Source of the DNA: a virus
Taxonomy: Duplodnaviria > Caudoviricetes
IMG/VR virus record: IMGVR_UViG_3300011336_000451
Span: 1-45,668 of that record
Reading direction: 5' to 3' (one strand)
DNA: 45,668 nucleotides
The first letter of the stretch is position 1. The number at the start of each line of letters is the position of its first letter. Under the pieces are notes generated by a model, which was not told where the DNA came from, searched no databases, and was given only the letters and a program-made list of their open reading frames with translations. Below, in pieces: positions 27,337 through 37,411 of the stretch. Made by a program: the position numbers and the translations under genes.

Positions 27337-27368
27337 AAGGCTAGTAGAAATACTAGCCTTTTTATTTT
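27337..27368 (+). terminator. intrinsic terminator
   Basis: AAGGCTAGTA-GAAA-TACTAGCCTT followed by TTTATTTT. Confidence 0.75.
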
Positions 27369-27384
27369 ACAAATTAATAACAAA

Positions 27385-27603
27385 ATGATTTACATATTAC
27401 AAGTACCCTCATTAGAGAAGTTTAAAGATAACTTCTTTGATTGTAAGGAAGTTAGGATTGGTGAGTCTACAGTATTACATATAAATAAGGATGTATTCTT
27501 TATGTTTATTATGAATGATATGAGTAGAGTTAATGGGTATCTATTTAGATACCTACAAGAGATTTTACATAATTATCAAATATTACAAATAGAAGAAATA
27601 TGA
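27385..27603 (+). CDS. hypothetical protein
   Basis: 72 aa. Confidence 0.55.
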   Translation: MIYILQVPSLEKFKDNFFDCKEVRIGESTVLHINKDVFFMFIMNDMSRVNGYLFRYLQEILHNYQILQIEEI

Positions 27604-27941
27604 ATAAAGAATTTGTACCATACCAACAAGCATTAGAACTGAAAGAACTTGGATTTGATGAACCTTGTTTTGGGTGGTGGTTTGCCGATGAAAAGATGTT
27701 GATAATAGAAAAATCTAAAAAGTCAACATCTGAAAATATTGTACAAGCACCAACATTCTCACAAGCATTTAGATGGTTTCGTGAGAAGTATGGAATATAC
27801 TACTCAATACAAATAAAAGATGGAATATGGTTTTTTGAAAAGTGGAGTTTGAGTGGTTTCAAAACATACGAAGAAGCTGAACTTGCTTGTCTTGAGAAGT
27901 TAATTGAGATTATAAAAACAAATAAAAGTTATGAACAATAA
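27600..27941 (+). CDS. hypothetical protein (Bacteroidota phage family)
   Basis: EFVPYQQALELKELGFDEPC...APTFSQAFRWFREK...TYEEAELACL. Confidence 0.7.
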   Translation: MNKEFVPYQQALELKELGFDEPCFGWWFADEKMLIIEKSKKSTSENIVQAPTFSQAFRWFREKYGIYYSIQIKDGIWFFEKWSLSGFKTYEEAELACLEKLIEIIKTNKSYEQ

Positions 27942-28602
27942 ATTAATACAAGAACTAAGAGAAGGTAAAGTAGCTGTTACAAATGATGGCTCTTTAAATG
28001 ATTTAAATAAAGTACTTAAATATGCTTTTCCTGAAGATCTTATAACATCTGGAGTTAATAAATTTTATAAAATAAATTCAGGTAAATCTTATTATTGGGG
28101 AGGAGTAAATAAAACAGATTTACCATCATACTCAGTTAAAGACTTTTTAAAAGAAGAAACAATGGAAAAGAAAATAATTGGTTATAAATTAATTAAACCT
28201 GAATATAAAAAAGCTGCGCAAGAAATAATTGGTTTACGTGTAAATTGGGAAATAGGTAAATCTTTTACTGAAGTAATGGAAAATAAGCCTAGCAGCTATT
28301 ACATAGAAAAACTTACAGAAGTAGGAGTATTAGATCTTTGGTTTGAACCTATTTATGAGGAAGAAATTAAATTACCAACTATTAATACTTATGAAGGTGA
28401 AATTGTAGGAAAGACTATTAAATATGGTTGTGCTATTCTTAATATAACCATGTTAAAAAAAGTTTTAGAAACTACTAGAATAGTATCTCCTGATGGAGCT
28501 GGTAATAGAAGTATAAAAGCTATTGTATTAGATAGTGGAGTAGAAATATCTATTAAAGATATAGAACAAATTAAGAAATATTTAGATGCAAAAGGTATAT
28601 AA
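27931..28602 (+). CDS. hypothetical protein
   Basis: 223 aa; KIIGYKLIKPEY...GVLDLWFEPIY module. Confidence 0.65.
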   Translation: MNNKLIQELREGKVAVTNDGSLNDLNKVLKYAFPEDLITSGVNKFYKINSGKSYYWGGVNKTDLPSYSVKDFLKEETMEKKIIGYKLIKPEYKKAAQEIIGLRVNWEIGKSFTEVMENKPSSYYIEKLTEVGVLDLWFEPIYEEEIKLPTINTYEGEIVGKTIKYGCAILNITMLKKVLETTRIVSPDGAGNRSIKAIVLDSGVEISIKDIEQIKKYLDAKGI

Positions 28603-28909
28603 ATCTTTAAAAGAGATTGAAGAGGTGGTAGCTGATTTGCTACCACCTAGAATGAATAAGTATATAGGTTGTTTTACTTTAATATTCTTTCTTTCATCAG
28701 AAAATTGGAATTTAGAAGATGAGACAACTACCTTTATAGGTGAAAGAGGAATTAGTTATGATGTTTGGAAAGCATCTATTGATGAGGAAATTGCATATCT
28801 ACAATCTATCTTAGATCCTTATGCAGATTACTCTGATGATCCTGGATATTGGAGAGACATTCAATATATTAAGAATAGAATTAGAATGTTAGAAAACTAT
28901 GACAAGTGA
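28586..28909 (+). CDS. hypothetical protein
   Basis: 107 aa. Confidence 0.55.
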   Translation: MQKVYKSLKEIEEVVADLLPPRMNKYIGCFTLIFFLSSENWNLEDETTTFIGERGISYDVWKASIDEEIAYLQSILDPYADYSDDPGYWRDIQYIKNRIRMLENYDK

Positions 28910-29147
28910 TGAATTTAATGAGAAGTATAAAGACTTCTTAGAAGAAGGACACTATGGTTTGGATGTAAATATTCCTGAATTTGTAGAATGGTTAGATGAT
29001 AAGTTCCAATCATTTATAAATGCACATAACTTTAGTTATTCTCAAATCAAGGAAAAGTTTGGATATGGTAGATTCTATTGTGAAGGGCTTCCTAGAGAAG
29101 CAATTCAAGAAGTAGAAGATAAGATTACAGAATTATGTAAAAGATGA
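28899..29147 (+). CDS. hypothetical protein (QIKEKFG family)
   Basis: SQIKEKFGYGRFY motif common in phages. Confidence 0.65.
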   Translation: MTSDEFNEKYKDFLEEGHYGLDVNIPEFVEWLDDKFQSFINAHNFSYSQIKEKFGYGRFYCEGLPREAIQEVEDKITELCKR

Positions 29148-31027
29148 TAAATAAAAGAATATGGATATGGGACTTAGAAACTTTAAATATCTTTACTGCA
29201 ACCTTCATAGATAGAGATAGTGATGAGGAAAGAATTTTTGTAATCTCTGATAGTAGAGATGATAGAGATGCTTTCTTTAAGTTTTTAAAAACTGAAGTAG
29301 CAGGATTAGTAGGCTATAATAGCATACACTTTGATGCACAAGTATTAGAGTATATTTACAGAAATAAGAACTGTACAGCAGCAGATATAAGAAGGTATGC
29401 AACCTTAATTACATCTGGAGAGAATAGAAGACCTGATGTTCCTGAGTGGCAATTAAGAGATAAACATTTAGATTTATTTAGAGCTTTATCTCTCTCTACT
29501 AAAGCTAAGAGAGTAGGTCTAAAATGGTGTGAGTTTATGCTTGATTTTGAGAATATTGAAGATATGCCATCACAAGGAGAAGGAAGTAATTGGGAAGAGA
29601 TGGTACTATCTTATAATAAGAATGATGTGTTGGCTACTAAGGAACTGTATAATAAGTTTAGACATGAGATAGAGTTAAGAAAAGTCATTACTGCCAGAGA
29701 TGGTGTTGATGTAATGAATAGTACTGAGCCTGATATGTCTAAAAAACTATTTGGTAAATACTTATCTAATGCAATGAAGATACCTTTAAATGATTTAAAG
29801 AGTATGCAAACTGTAAGAGATGTAGTACATGTTAAAGATATTATCTTTCCTTATATTAACTTTAGTACTGCTATCTTTCAAGATGTACTAACTCATTTTC
29901 AAAGTTTATCTCTTGAGAGTGAAGATACATTTGAGAAGATAGTAAACTATAGAAATAGTATACCTATTGTATATGCCTTAGGTGGTATCCACGCTGCTCC
30001 TAAGAATAAGATATATGTTAGTGATGAGAAGTATATTATTAAGAGTTTAGATGTAGTAAGTTTCTATCCAAATCTAATGATTAGGAACTCTTTATCTCCT
30101 GCTCATATACCTAAGGAAATATTTCTTCCATTGTATGAGGGTTTCTTTAATGAGAGAAGAAGTATACCAAAGAGTGACCCTAGAAACTATATACTTAAGA
30201 TTCTACTTAATGCTACTTATGGTTTAACTAATGATCAATACTCATTCCTTAAAGATAGAGCTGTAACTCTATCTATATGTATTAATGGTCAATTGCTTCT
30301 TACTATGCTCTTAGAGATGCTAGCAAATAAGATACACTTAGAACTTATTATGATGAATACAGATGGCTTTGAGGTTAGAATTCCAAGAGAGTATGAGGAA
30401 GCTTACAACTCTGTTTGTAAAGAGTGGGAATCCTTAACTAAGTTGGAATTAGAGTTTGAGACCTATCAAAAGATGATTATTGAAAATGTTAATAATTACA
30501 TAGCTGTATACACTAATGGTAAAACAAAAACTAAAGGCAAGTATGAGTTCAAAGATATTCCACTACATAAAAACAAATCTCATAGTATTATACCTTATTC
30601 TGTTTATAATTATTGGGTTCATAATATTAATGTAGAAGAAACTATTAGAAATCATAAAAACATCTTTGACTTTTGTGCAGGAGTAAGAGCTAAGTATTCT
30701 ATAGAGAGAGGTCAATCTTCTTATGAGTTACATAAAGTTAATTATTTAGAGCTGGATATAAAGAAGCTTAGTAAGACTGTAAGATATTATATTTGTAAAG
30801 AAAACCATGATGGTTTTCTTATGAAGAAATACTCTAATGGAGTTATTGAGCAAGTAGAAGCTCCAGCTAGAAATGGTAGAATGTTTAAAGATTGGAAAGT
30901 TAAATACTTTAATAAATCTTTTAAATGTGATGACTTTAAAGATTATAATATAGATTACTCTTACTATGAGATGAAGGCTAGAGAATGGATAGATGCTTTT
31001 AATGAGAAGCAAATAAGTTTATTTTAA
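29144..31027 (+). CDS. polB: family B DNA polymerase
   Basis: exonuclease motifs WDLET, GYNSIHFD, YNKND; polymerase motifs DVVSFYPN, KILLNATYG, NTDG. Confidence 0.93.
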   Translation: MINKRIWIWDLETLNIFTATFIDRDSDEERIFVISDSRDDRDAFFKFLKTEVAGLVGYNSIHFDAQVLEYIYRNKNCTAADIRRYATLITSGENRRPDVPEWQLRDKHLDLFRALSLSTKAKRVGLKWCEFMLDFENIEDMPSQGEGSNWEEMVLSYNKNDVLATKELYNKFRHEIELRKVITARDGVDVMNSTEPDMSKKLFGKYLSNAMKIPLNDLKSMQTVRDVVHVKDIIFPYINFSTAIFQDVLTHFQSLSLESEDTFEKIVNYRNSIPIVYALGGIHAAPKNKIYVSDEKYIIKSLDVVSFYPNLMIRNSLSPAHIPKEIFLPLYEGFFNERRSIPKSDPRNYILKILLNATYGLTNDQYSFLKDRAVTLSICINGQLLLTMLLEMLANKIHLELIMMNTDGFEVRIPREYEEAYNSVCKEWESLTKLELEFETYQKMIIENVNNYIAVYTNGKTKTKGKYEFKDIPLHKNKSHSIIPYSVYNYWVHNINVEETIRNHKNIFDFCAGVRAKYSIERGQSSYELHKVNYLELDIKKLSKTVRYYICKENHDGFLMKKYSNGVIEQVEAPARNGRMFKDWKVKYFNKSFKCDDFKDYNIDYSYYEMKAREWIDAFNEKQISLF

Positions 31028-31032
31028 AGATT

Positions 31033-31293
31033 ATGTATTATAAAGCAATTAAAACAAGTACTATTTTACATAGTAATGCAGATGGTAAATCTGATAATGT
31101 AAGACAAGTTATTGGTGTAGGTGCTTTTGAGAAAGAAGATTCTCAAACCTATATCTTGATATGTAAGATGGAAAAATTTGGTAGTGAGAATGAGCAATAT
31201 CAGGAAGCTGATAGAATAGCTGTTCTATTAAATAGTAATACTACTTACATTACTCAGAAAGAAGCTGAGTTAAAGGGGTTACAACTTCCTTAA
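31033..31293 (+). CDS. hypothetical protein
   Basis: 86 aa. Confidence 0.55.
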   Translation: MYYKAIKTSTILHSNADGKSDNVRQVIGVGAFEKEDSQTYILICKMEKFGSENEQYQEADRIAVLLNSNTTYITQKEAELKGLQLP

Positions 31294-31344
31294 GTTGTAT
31301 ACAAGAGTATTAGTAACTTTGTTACTAGAATTAAATATTAATAT

Positions 31345-31770
31345 GTGAAAAAAAAGAATATTAGACTTTTAGCCCATAGTAAGTATAAACACTTATATGA
31401 GTTAAAGCAAAGCCTTTATAGAAATGCTAAGAAAAGAGCAATTGATAAAGGTTTAGAATTTAGTATTGAAGTTAGAGATATACACATTCCTGAAAAATGT
31501 CCTATACTCAAAACTTACTTAGTATGTAGTACTAGATACTCTCCATCCATTGATAGAATATATCCTAATAAAGGATATGTTAAGGGTAATATAGCTGTTA
31601 TTAGCACTTTAGCTAATAGCATGAAAGCTAATGCTACTCCTAAAGAATTATTAATTTTTGCTAGAAACATTAAAAAGTATATGGATTTATATCAAGAGAT
31701 AGAAGTGGATGAATTACCACTCCCTCCAGATCCAGATGAAATAAGTAATCTTATAAATGAAAGTAACTAA
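31345..31770 (+). CDS. HNH/His-Me finger endonuclease-like protein
   Basis: AKKRA...CPIL...SPSIDRIYPNKGYVKGNIAVISTLANSMK; own TAACTTTG element at 31314-31321. Confidence 0.75.
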   Translation: MKKKNIRLLAHSKYKHLYELKQSLYRNAKKRAIDKGLEFSIEVRDIHIPEKCPILKTYLVCSTRYSPSIDRIYPNKGYVKGNIAVISTLANSMKANATPKELLIFARNIKKYMDLYQEIEVDELPLPPDPDEISNLINESN

Positions 31771-32941
31771 AGATCAGAAACAAGCTGAGATTGTAAAAAC
31801 TTGGGAAGATAATAATAGAGTAGGTCTTCTTACTGCAGTAGGTAGTTTTGGTAAAACTATTACTGCTATTAAGTGTTGTAAGACACTACCAGAAGATACC
31901 ATTATTCATGTTATTGTACCTAGACAAATCTTACAAGAACAGTGGATTAAAATCTTGAGTGAATGGGGAGTAAAGAATGCAACAGTCTTTGTTGTTAATA
32001 CATATGTTAAGACTCAGATGGAATGTGAGTTCCTAATACAGGATGAGATACATATGTATAGCAATGATGAAGCTGTTGTCTTTAATCAAGCTATCTTAAA
32101 TAGCAAGTGGAAATATTTTCTAGGCTTATCTGCCACTATGTCTGAGGCTCATATAGAAACCTTATCTAAGAGAGGTATTACAGAAATCTGTACTATCTCT
32201 ATGAAAGAAGCTTTACAAAACCAGTGGGTTGCACCAGTTATAGAGTATAATAAGATGTTAGACTTTACAGAAGTAGAAGCTAAGCAATATGCTGATGCTA
32301 ATAAGATGTATGAGTTTTACTTTAAGACATTCTATAATAGGTTTGATGATGTAATGGCATGCTTAACTCCTGCTAGTAGAGATGCTTATTTGTATAGAAG
32401 AAACCAAGGATTACATCCAACTAGTCCAGGATTCTTAGATCCAAGTAAAGCAGCTATGCATGCAGTACAGTTTAACAGATGGCTTAAGAAGAGAAAAGAT
32501 ATTATCTACAATGCTTACAACAAATACCAAGAAATACTTACTATTATTGCCGAACATCCTGATGATAGGTGTATTATATTTAGTGAGAGTACTTCTTTTT
32601 GTGATTATCTTCACACTATTCTACCCAATAGTGTACTTTATCACTCCAAGATTACTACCAAGAAAAAGAAAGATAACTTGGCAGCATTTCTAAATAAGGA
32701 AGTTCAGTATCTAATAGGTGCAAAAAGTGTAGATCAGGGATTTGATGATAGCTCGGTTACACTTGGTATTATAGCTAGTAGTACTTCAAGCAGCACCCAA
32801 CATAGACAACGTCTATACAGGGTAACAAGATATGAGAAAGATAAACTCTCATATCTATACAATCTAGTAATAAGAGGCTCACAAGAGGAAAGTTGGTTAA
32901 GAAGTAAACAGAAGGAAACAAGAGCTGCAATAATTATATAG
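31757..32941 (+). CDS. superfamily 2 helicase
   Basis: GSFGKT, IQDEIH, LSAT, QGFD, QRLYRVTR motifs. Confidence 0.88.
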   Translation: MKVTKDQKQAEIVKTWEDNNRVGLLTAVGSFGKTITAIKCCKTLPEDTIIHVIVPRQILQEQWIKILSEWGVKNATVFVVNTYVKTQMECEFLIQDEIHMYSNDEAVVFNQAILNSKWKYFLGLSATMSEAHIETLSKRGITEICTISMKEALQNQWVAPVIEYNKMLDFTEVEAKQYADANKMYEFYFKTFYNRFDDVMACLTPASRDAYLYRRNQGLHPTSPGFLDPSKAAMHAVQFNRWLKKRKDIIYNAYNKYQEILTIIAEHPDDRCIIFSESTSFCDYLHTILPNSVLYHSKITTKKKKDNLAAFLNKEVQYLIGAKSVDQGFDDSSVTLGIIASSTSSSTQHRQRLYRVTRYEKDKLSYLYNLVIRGSQEESWLRSKQKETRAAIII

Positions 32942-32996
32942 AGTCTTTTATAGAATAGAGGGGAAGAGGTTTATTAAAAACACATAAATAAAAGAC

Positions 32997-33653
32997 ATGC
33001 TAGATTTAGAAAAATGGGTTGATATTCTTGTCAGATATGATGTATCTGGTGAGGAGTTAACATATCTCTTGTTAATTTATAATAAGAGGTTTGATTTGGT
33101 GTATAAGTATAGTAACTTTACACCTAATGAGAATGAGGTAAGACCTACTTCTATGACTGATAAATTGATAGGACAAAAGATAACCTTAACTTCTAAGTAT
33201 GGAGTTAGGGATAATGTCCTAGTTAATGGTAATAGAAGTAGAAGGGCTATAAATGCTGAGATGGTACTCTCCTTAGTTGAGAGAGGACTTATTGAGCAAG
33301 TTATTCCTAGTACTAAGAGTACATTCCAATTGGATTACTTTGAGGTTACTGAGAAACTTGCCAAGGAACTCTTCTTTGAGGTAGATAAGCATATAGATGA
33401 ACTATATGAGGTATATCCTGCCTTTACTATTATTGATGGCAGACAAGCATTTCTTACTTCTGCAGATAGAAACTTAATGTCTATCCTGTATGCTAAGAAT
33501 ATTAAGAGAGATATTAATATTCATAATGAGGTTATTGCTAAGATTAAAGCTAACCAAGGTAATATTAATATGAAGATAGAGAACTTTATTAAAGCTAAGC
33601 TTTGGGAAAAGTTAAGTATTGAGGAGAAAGTAGAAAAAGTAAGCTCACTATGA
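32997..33653 (+). CDS. hypothetical protein upstream of DnaB (possible initiator/loader)
   Basis: 218 aa, ATGA-coupled to the helicase; function inferred from position. Confidence 0.55.
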   Translation: MLDLEKWVDILVRYDVSGEELTYLLLIYNKRFDLVYKYSNFTPNENEVRPTSMTDKLIGQKITLTSKYGVRDNVLVNGNRSRRAINAEMVLSLVERGLIEQVIPSTKSTFQLDYFEVTEKLAKELFFEVDKHIDELYEVYPAFTIIDGRQAFLTSADRNLMSILYAKNIKRDINIHNEVIAKIKANQGNINMKIENFIKAKLWEKLSIEEKVEKVSSL

Positions 33654-35636
33654 CTTTAGAAGAGAGAATATATGCCGGTGTTGAGGGTAAGTTTCAAGGC
33701 TTATCTAATGGCTTCAAAAGAATTAACAAAGAAATACATGGTCTACAAAGAGGGGTATACACCTTACTAGGCGGACTTTCAGGTACTTATAAGACTACTC
33801 TTGCAGACTTTATGCTATTAAATGCAATAAGTGATGCAGAAAGCCAAGGACTGGAAATCAATGTATTTTACTACTCTTATGAGATTGACGAGTTATCCAA
33901 GAAATGTAATTGGCTTTCCGTGATCATTAAGAATAAGTATAATGTTACTATTCCTCCAGAAGTTATTAAGGGTTTTGGTGATAACAGACTAACACCTTTG
34001 GAGTTAGACTATGTTAAGAAAGAGATACCTACAGTAAATGCTTTATTCTCTAAGATAAATTTTAGATTTAAGAGTACTAATCCTACTGGAATTTATAATG
34101 AGATGTGGCAATATCTCTCATCTAAGGGTACATTTACTTATGTAGAATATACAGATGCTGAAGGTAATTCTAAGAAGAAGATTGATAAGTTTACTGCTAA
34201 TAATCCTGAAGCTTATAATATAATTATCTTAGACCATCTTCTACTTCTTAAGAAAGAGAGAGGATTCTCTGATAAAGAAGTTATAGATAAAGCATCAGAA
34301 TATATGGTAGAACTTAGAAATATGTTCAATGTATCTTGTATCTTTATATCTCAGTTTAATGATGGGTTAATATCAAACAAACCTTTGTTTATCTGTCGTA
34401 TAATAATATATGGCAGGTATTTATATTATAAAGAACATTATCAATAATAAAGTTTATATCGGAAGTTCAAAAAATATTGAAAACCGATTTAGAAAACACT
34501 TAAGTGCATTAAAAGGTGGTAGACATATAAATAAGCACCTACAAGCAGCTTTTATAAAATATGGTGAAGAAAACTTTTCTTTTACTATATTAAAAGAAAC
34601 TTCTATTTCAATCTTAAGAAAAGCAGAACAACTATTTATTAATAAATATCAAAGTTTAAACCCTAAATATGGGTATAATAAAACAGTTGTTGAGTCTAAT
34701 AAATGGGATGATTTTGAAAAAGAAGAAGTTTCAGTAATAAAAGAAAGGATTTATTTTGGATGTTATACTAAAGAAGGTAAACTAAAAAAAGTTTTTAGAA
34801 CTATAAAGGAAGTTTATACTTATTTAGGAAAAAGAGATACCAGAATTTATGATGCTTGTAATAGCAACTTAAGAAAAACATCAAAAAATTTATATTGGAT
34901 TAGAATTAATGTAGATTTACAAAAGTTTCCAAAAACTATAACTCCTAAAACAAGAATGGGAAGGCATAGAAAATTGTATCAATATGATTTTAATAATAAT
35001 CTTATTAATACTTGGGAAAGTGCTGTAATAGCAGGTAAATCTCTTAATATTAATTCAAATGAAATAACTAGATGTTTAAAAAAAGATAATATTTATAAAA
35101 ATAGCAAATGGTTTTATAGCCCCATAATACAGTGATGTATTATGCAAACCCTGAATATCGGTGGAACTCTAGAGATAGACAATACCGAGAGATAGGCTTA
35201 ATTTATTAAGCAAGCTCGTAACGACTACCAAGGGGTATCTTATAATTTATAAGATAATGGTATAGTCTGATCTGCAACTATAATCTAAATAAAAAGAAAT
35301 TGCAGTTAACACAATGTATCATCAATTGATAGAGCCAAATTTAAAGGTGTAGATATATCTCCACAAATTACTGATTTTAAGTCATCTAGGAATCCATATG
35401 CAGATGCAGATGTAGTACTTGCTACTATGTCAGCATTTAAGATGGATATGCCTACATGCTTAGGTTATGATGTAAATAAGCTTAAAGAAAGCTTTCTTAT
35501 GTTAAAAGTAATTAAGAATAGACTTGGTAGAGATAATATTGCTATTGGTTTACTAGCTAATCCTAAAGCAGGTAGTTTTACAGAGCTACCACCAGCAAAA
35601 TCTGAAGAAATGCAAACAATTTATAACTCACTTTAA
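33650..35636 (+). CDS. dnaB: DnaB-like replicative helicase, spliced (exons 33650-34367 and 35317-35636)
   Basis: Walker A GLSGTYKT, IILDHL, SQFN; splicing joins SQFNDG-L-SSIDRAKFKG...DFKSSRNPYADADVV...KNRLG in frame (345 aa). Confidence 0.87.
34368..35316 (+). mobile_element. group I intron with homing endonuclease
   Basis: exon ends in U (GGGT|) and intron ends in G (ACAATG|); core P TGAATATCGGTGGAA, Q AATACCGAG, R GTAACGACTAC, S GGTATAGTCT. Confidence 0.9.
34410..35135 (+). CDS. intron-encoded GIY-YIG homing endonuclease
   Basis: GIYIIKNIINNKVYIGSS...R...E...GYN; C-terminal NUMOD1-like repeats. Confidence 0.92.
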   Translation: MAGIYIIKNIINNKVYIGSSKNIENRFRKHLSALKGGRHINKHLQAAFIKYGEENFSFTILKETSISILRKAEQLFINKYQSLNPKYGYNKTVVESNKWDDFEKEEVSVIKERIYFGCYTKEGKLKKVFRTIKEVYTYLGKRDTRIYDACNSNLRKTSKNLYWIRINVDLQKFPKTITPKTRMGRHRKLYQYDFNNNLINTWESAVIAGKSLNINSNEITRCLKKDNIYKNSKWFYSPIIQ

Positions 35637-36358
35637 TGGAACTTCCAAAAAGTAAAACAAAAGCTACCTTAACAGATCCTGGTAAGCTTATTATCTATAG
35701 CAAGCCTAAAACTGGTAAAACAAGTTTACTTGCTGAACTAGAAAATAATCTTATCTTAGATTTGGAGAATGGCACAGACTACTATGATGCACTAAAAGTA
35801 AAAATTACTTCTGTGCAAGAATTAATGGATACTATTAAAGCTATCATAGCTGCTGGTAGACCATATAAATATGTAACTATAGATACTCTAACTAAGTTAG
35901 AAGATTTAGCACTACCATATGCACTAACTTTGTATAAGCAAACTCCTATGGGTAAGACTTTCACAGGTAATAATGTGCTAGACCTTCCTAATGGTGCAGG
36001 TTATAAGTATCTAAGAGATGCTATGACAAATCTATTGAATGCTATTTATAAGTGTTCAGATAGAGTAATTCTATTAGGTCACTTAAAGACTACTAATATA
36101 GAGAGGAATGGTAAAGAAGTATCTGCCAAGGAGTTAGATCTCACTGGCAAAATTAAGAGTATGGTTTCTGCTGATGTAGATGCAATTGGTTTGCTATACA
36201 GAGGTGAGGATAACAAGAATATATTGTCCTTCAAGACTACAGATGATGTTATCTGTGGTGCTAGGCCAACTCATCTAAAGGATCAGGAGATAGTTATCTC
36301 TGAGCTTGTAGATGGAAAATTTATTACCCATTGGGATTTAGTATACAATCAAAAATAA
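35636..36358 (+). CDS. AAA-family ATPase (Sak4/AAA_24-like)
   Basis: YSKPKTGKTS, LDLENG, IDTLT, LLGH. Confidence 0.85.
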   Translation: MELPKSKTKATLTDPGKLIIYSKPKTGKTSLLAELENNLILDLENGTDYYDALKVKITSVQELMDTIKAIIAAGRPYKYVTIDTLTKLEDLALPYALTLYKQTPMGKTFTGNNVLDLPNGAGYKYLRDAMTNLLNAIYKCSDRVILLGHLKTTNIERNGKEVSAKELDLTGKIKSMVSADVDAIGLLYRGEDNKNILSFKTTDDVICGARPTHLKDQEIVISELVDGKFITHWDLVYNQK

Positions 36359-36380
36359 TTTTTAAAAACAAAAAACATTT

Positions 36381-36806
36381 ATGTTTCAAGTAATTGCAAC
36401 CACCACCAGAAGATCAAAGAAAACACAGAACTGGGATCTTCGTGTTAAGAATGATAGAATTGAGTTTTCTCCAACATTCTTTAGTCTAAATGATATGCAG
36501 AATAATGAACTTACCTTTGGTAAGAGTCATGATACTTATCTGCTTCTTGTATCTCCAAATGGTCAGTTCTATAAGAAGACTGCTAGAGGAGAAAATAAGA
36601 GTAAAAGTTTCTCTAATCCTACTCTTTATCAATATCTTATTGCTGAAGGGAACCAATTTAAATTGGAAATCTTTGAGAACAATGAGATTGGTAAGTTCTA
36701 TAAATTTGTAGCTATTACTCCTCAAGAAGAAGAAGTAGAGGAAGAAGTAGTAGAGCCTCATACAGAAGGTCCTATTGCAGAAACTCAATACTCAGTTAAT
36801 TTCTAA
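36381..36806 (+). CDS. hypothetical protein with acidic tail
   Basis: 141 aa. Confidence 0.65.
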   Translation: MFQVIATTTRRSKKTQNWDLRVKNDRIEFSPTFFSLNDMQNNELTFGKSHDTYLLLVSPNGQFYKKTARGENKSKSFSNPTLYQYLIAEGNQFKLEIFENNEIGKFYKFVAITPQEEEVEEEVVEPHTEGPIAETQYSVNF

Positions 36807-36822
36807 TTTTTAAAAACAAAAT

Positions 36823-37407
36823 ATGTTTAATACTAATAGTGTAAAAGCCCCTGCTGCTTCAGTAAAACCAGGTATCAATGTTAATGTACCTGTAGAAGCT
36901 ATTTTTGAACCTCTTAGAAAAGATGGTTCTGGTGATCCTGTCCTGTCTCTTAGAGTAGTAGATACTAACATTAAGAAGATTATGTGGGAACCTAAACAAG
37001 CTGGTAATGTGCAAAACAGAGCTTGTCCATTTAACTTTGAGTTTAATGGTGTTAAAGGTCAGAAAGGTGTAGACATGACTGATGAAGTAGCTAATGCTCT
37101 TGAGATGATGGGCTTCATCAGAGATACTAAGACTGTCTTAACTGCAGTTATTGGTGATGTTACTGTAGAAGGTAAAACTTACAATGAATTTTGTAAGAAC
37201 TTTGTAGCTGCAGTAGGTACTGATAAGACTGCTGATATTAAACTTGTCTATGGTAAGTCTGGATATCTAGAGTTTGCAAAGAGTGGTTACATTGCTGCTC
37301 CTAATAGTGAGAAGCTAACTGTTACTCCTACTGATGCACTTGTTAAGCCTGAAGTAACAACTGAGTTTACTAGTGCTCCAACAGGAGCAGATGATTTGCC
37401 ATTTTAA
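36823..37407 (+). CDS. putative single-stranded DNA-binding protein
   Basis: C-terminal DDLPF tail; located between the Sak4-like ATPase and primase. Confidence 0.65.
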   Translation: MFNTNSVKAPAASVKPGINVNVPVEAIFEPLRKDGSGDPVLSLRVVDTNIKKIMWEPKQAGNVQNRACPFNFEFNGVKGQKGVDMTDEVANALEMMGFIRDTKTVLTAVIGDVTVEGKTYNEFCKNFVAAVGTDKTADIKLVYGKSGYLEFAKSGYIAAPNSEKLTVTPTDALVKPEVTTEFTSAPTGADDLPF

Positions 37408-37411
37408 ATAA

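Noticed and set aside
35427-35636. Stand-alone 69-aa gene
   Set aside because: It is the distal part of helicase exon 2.
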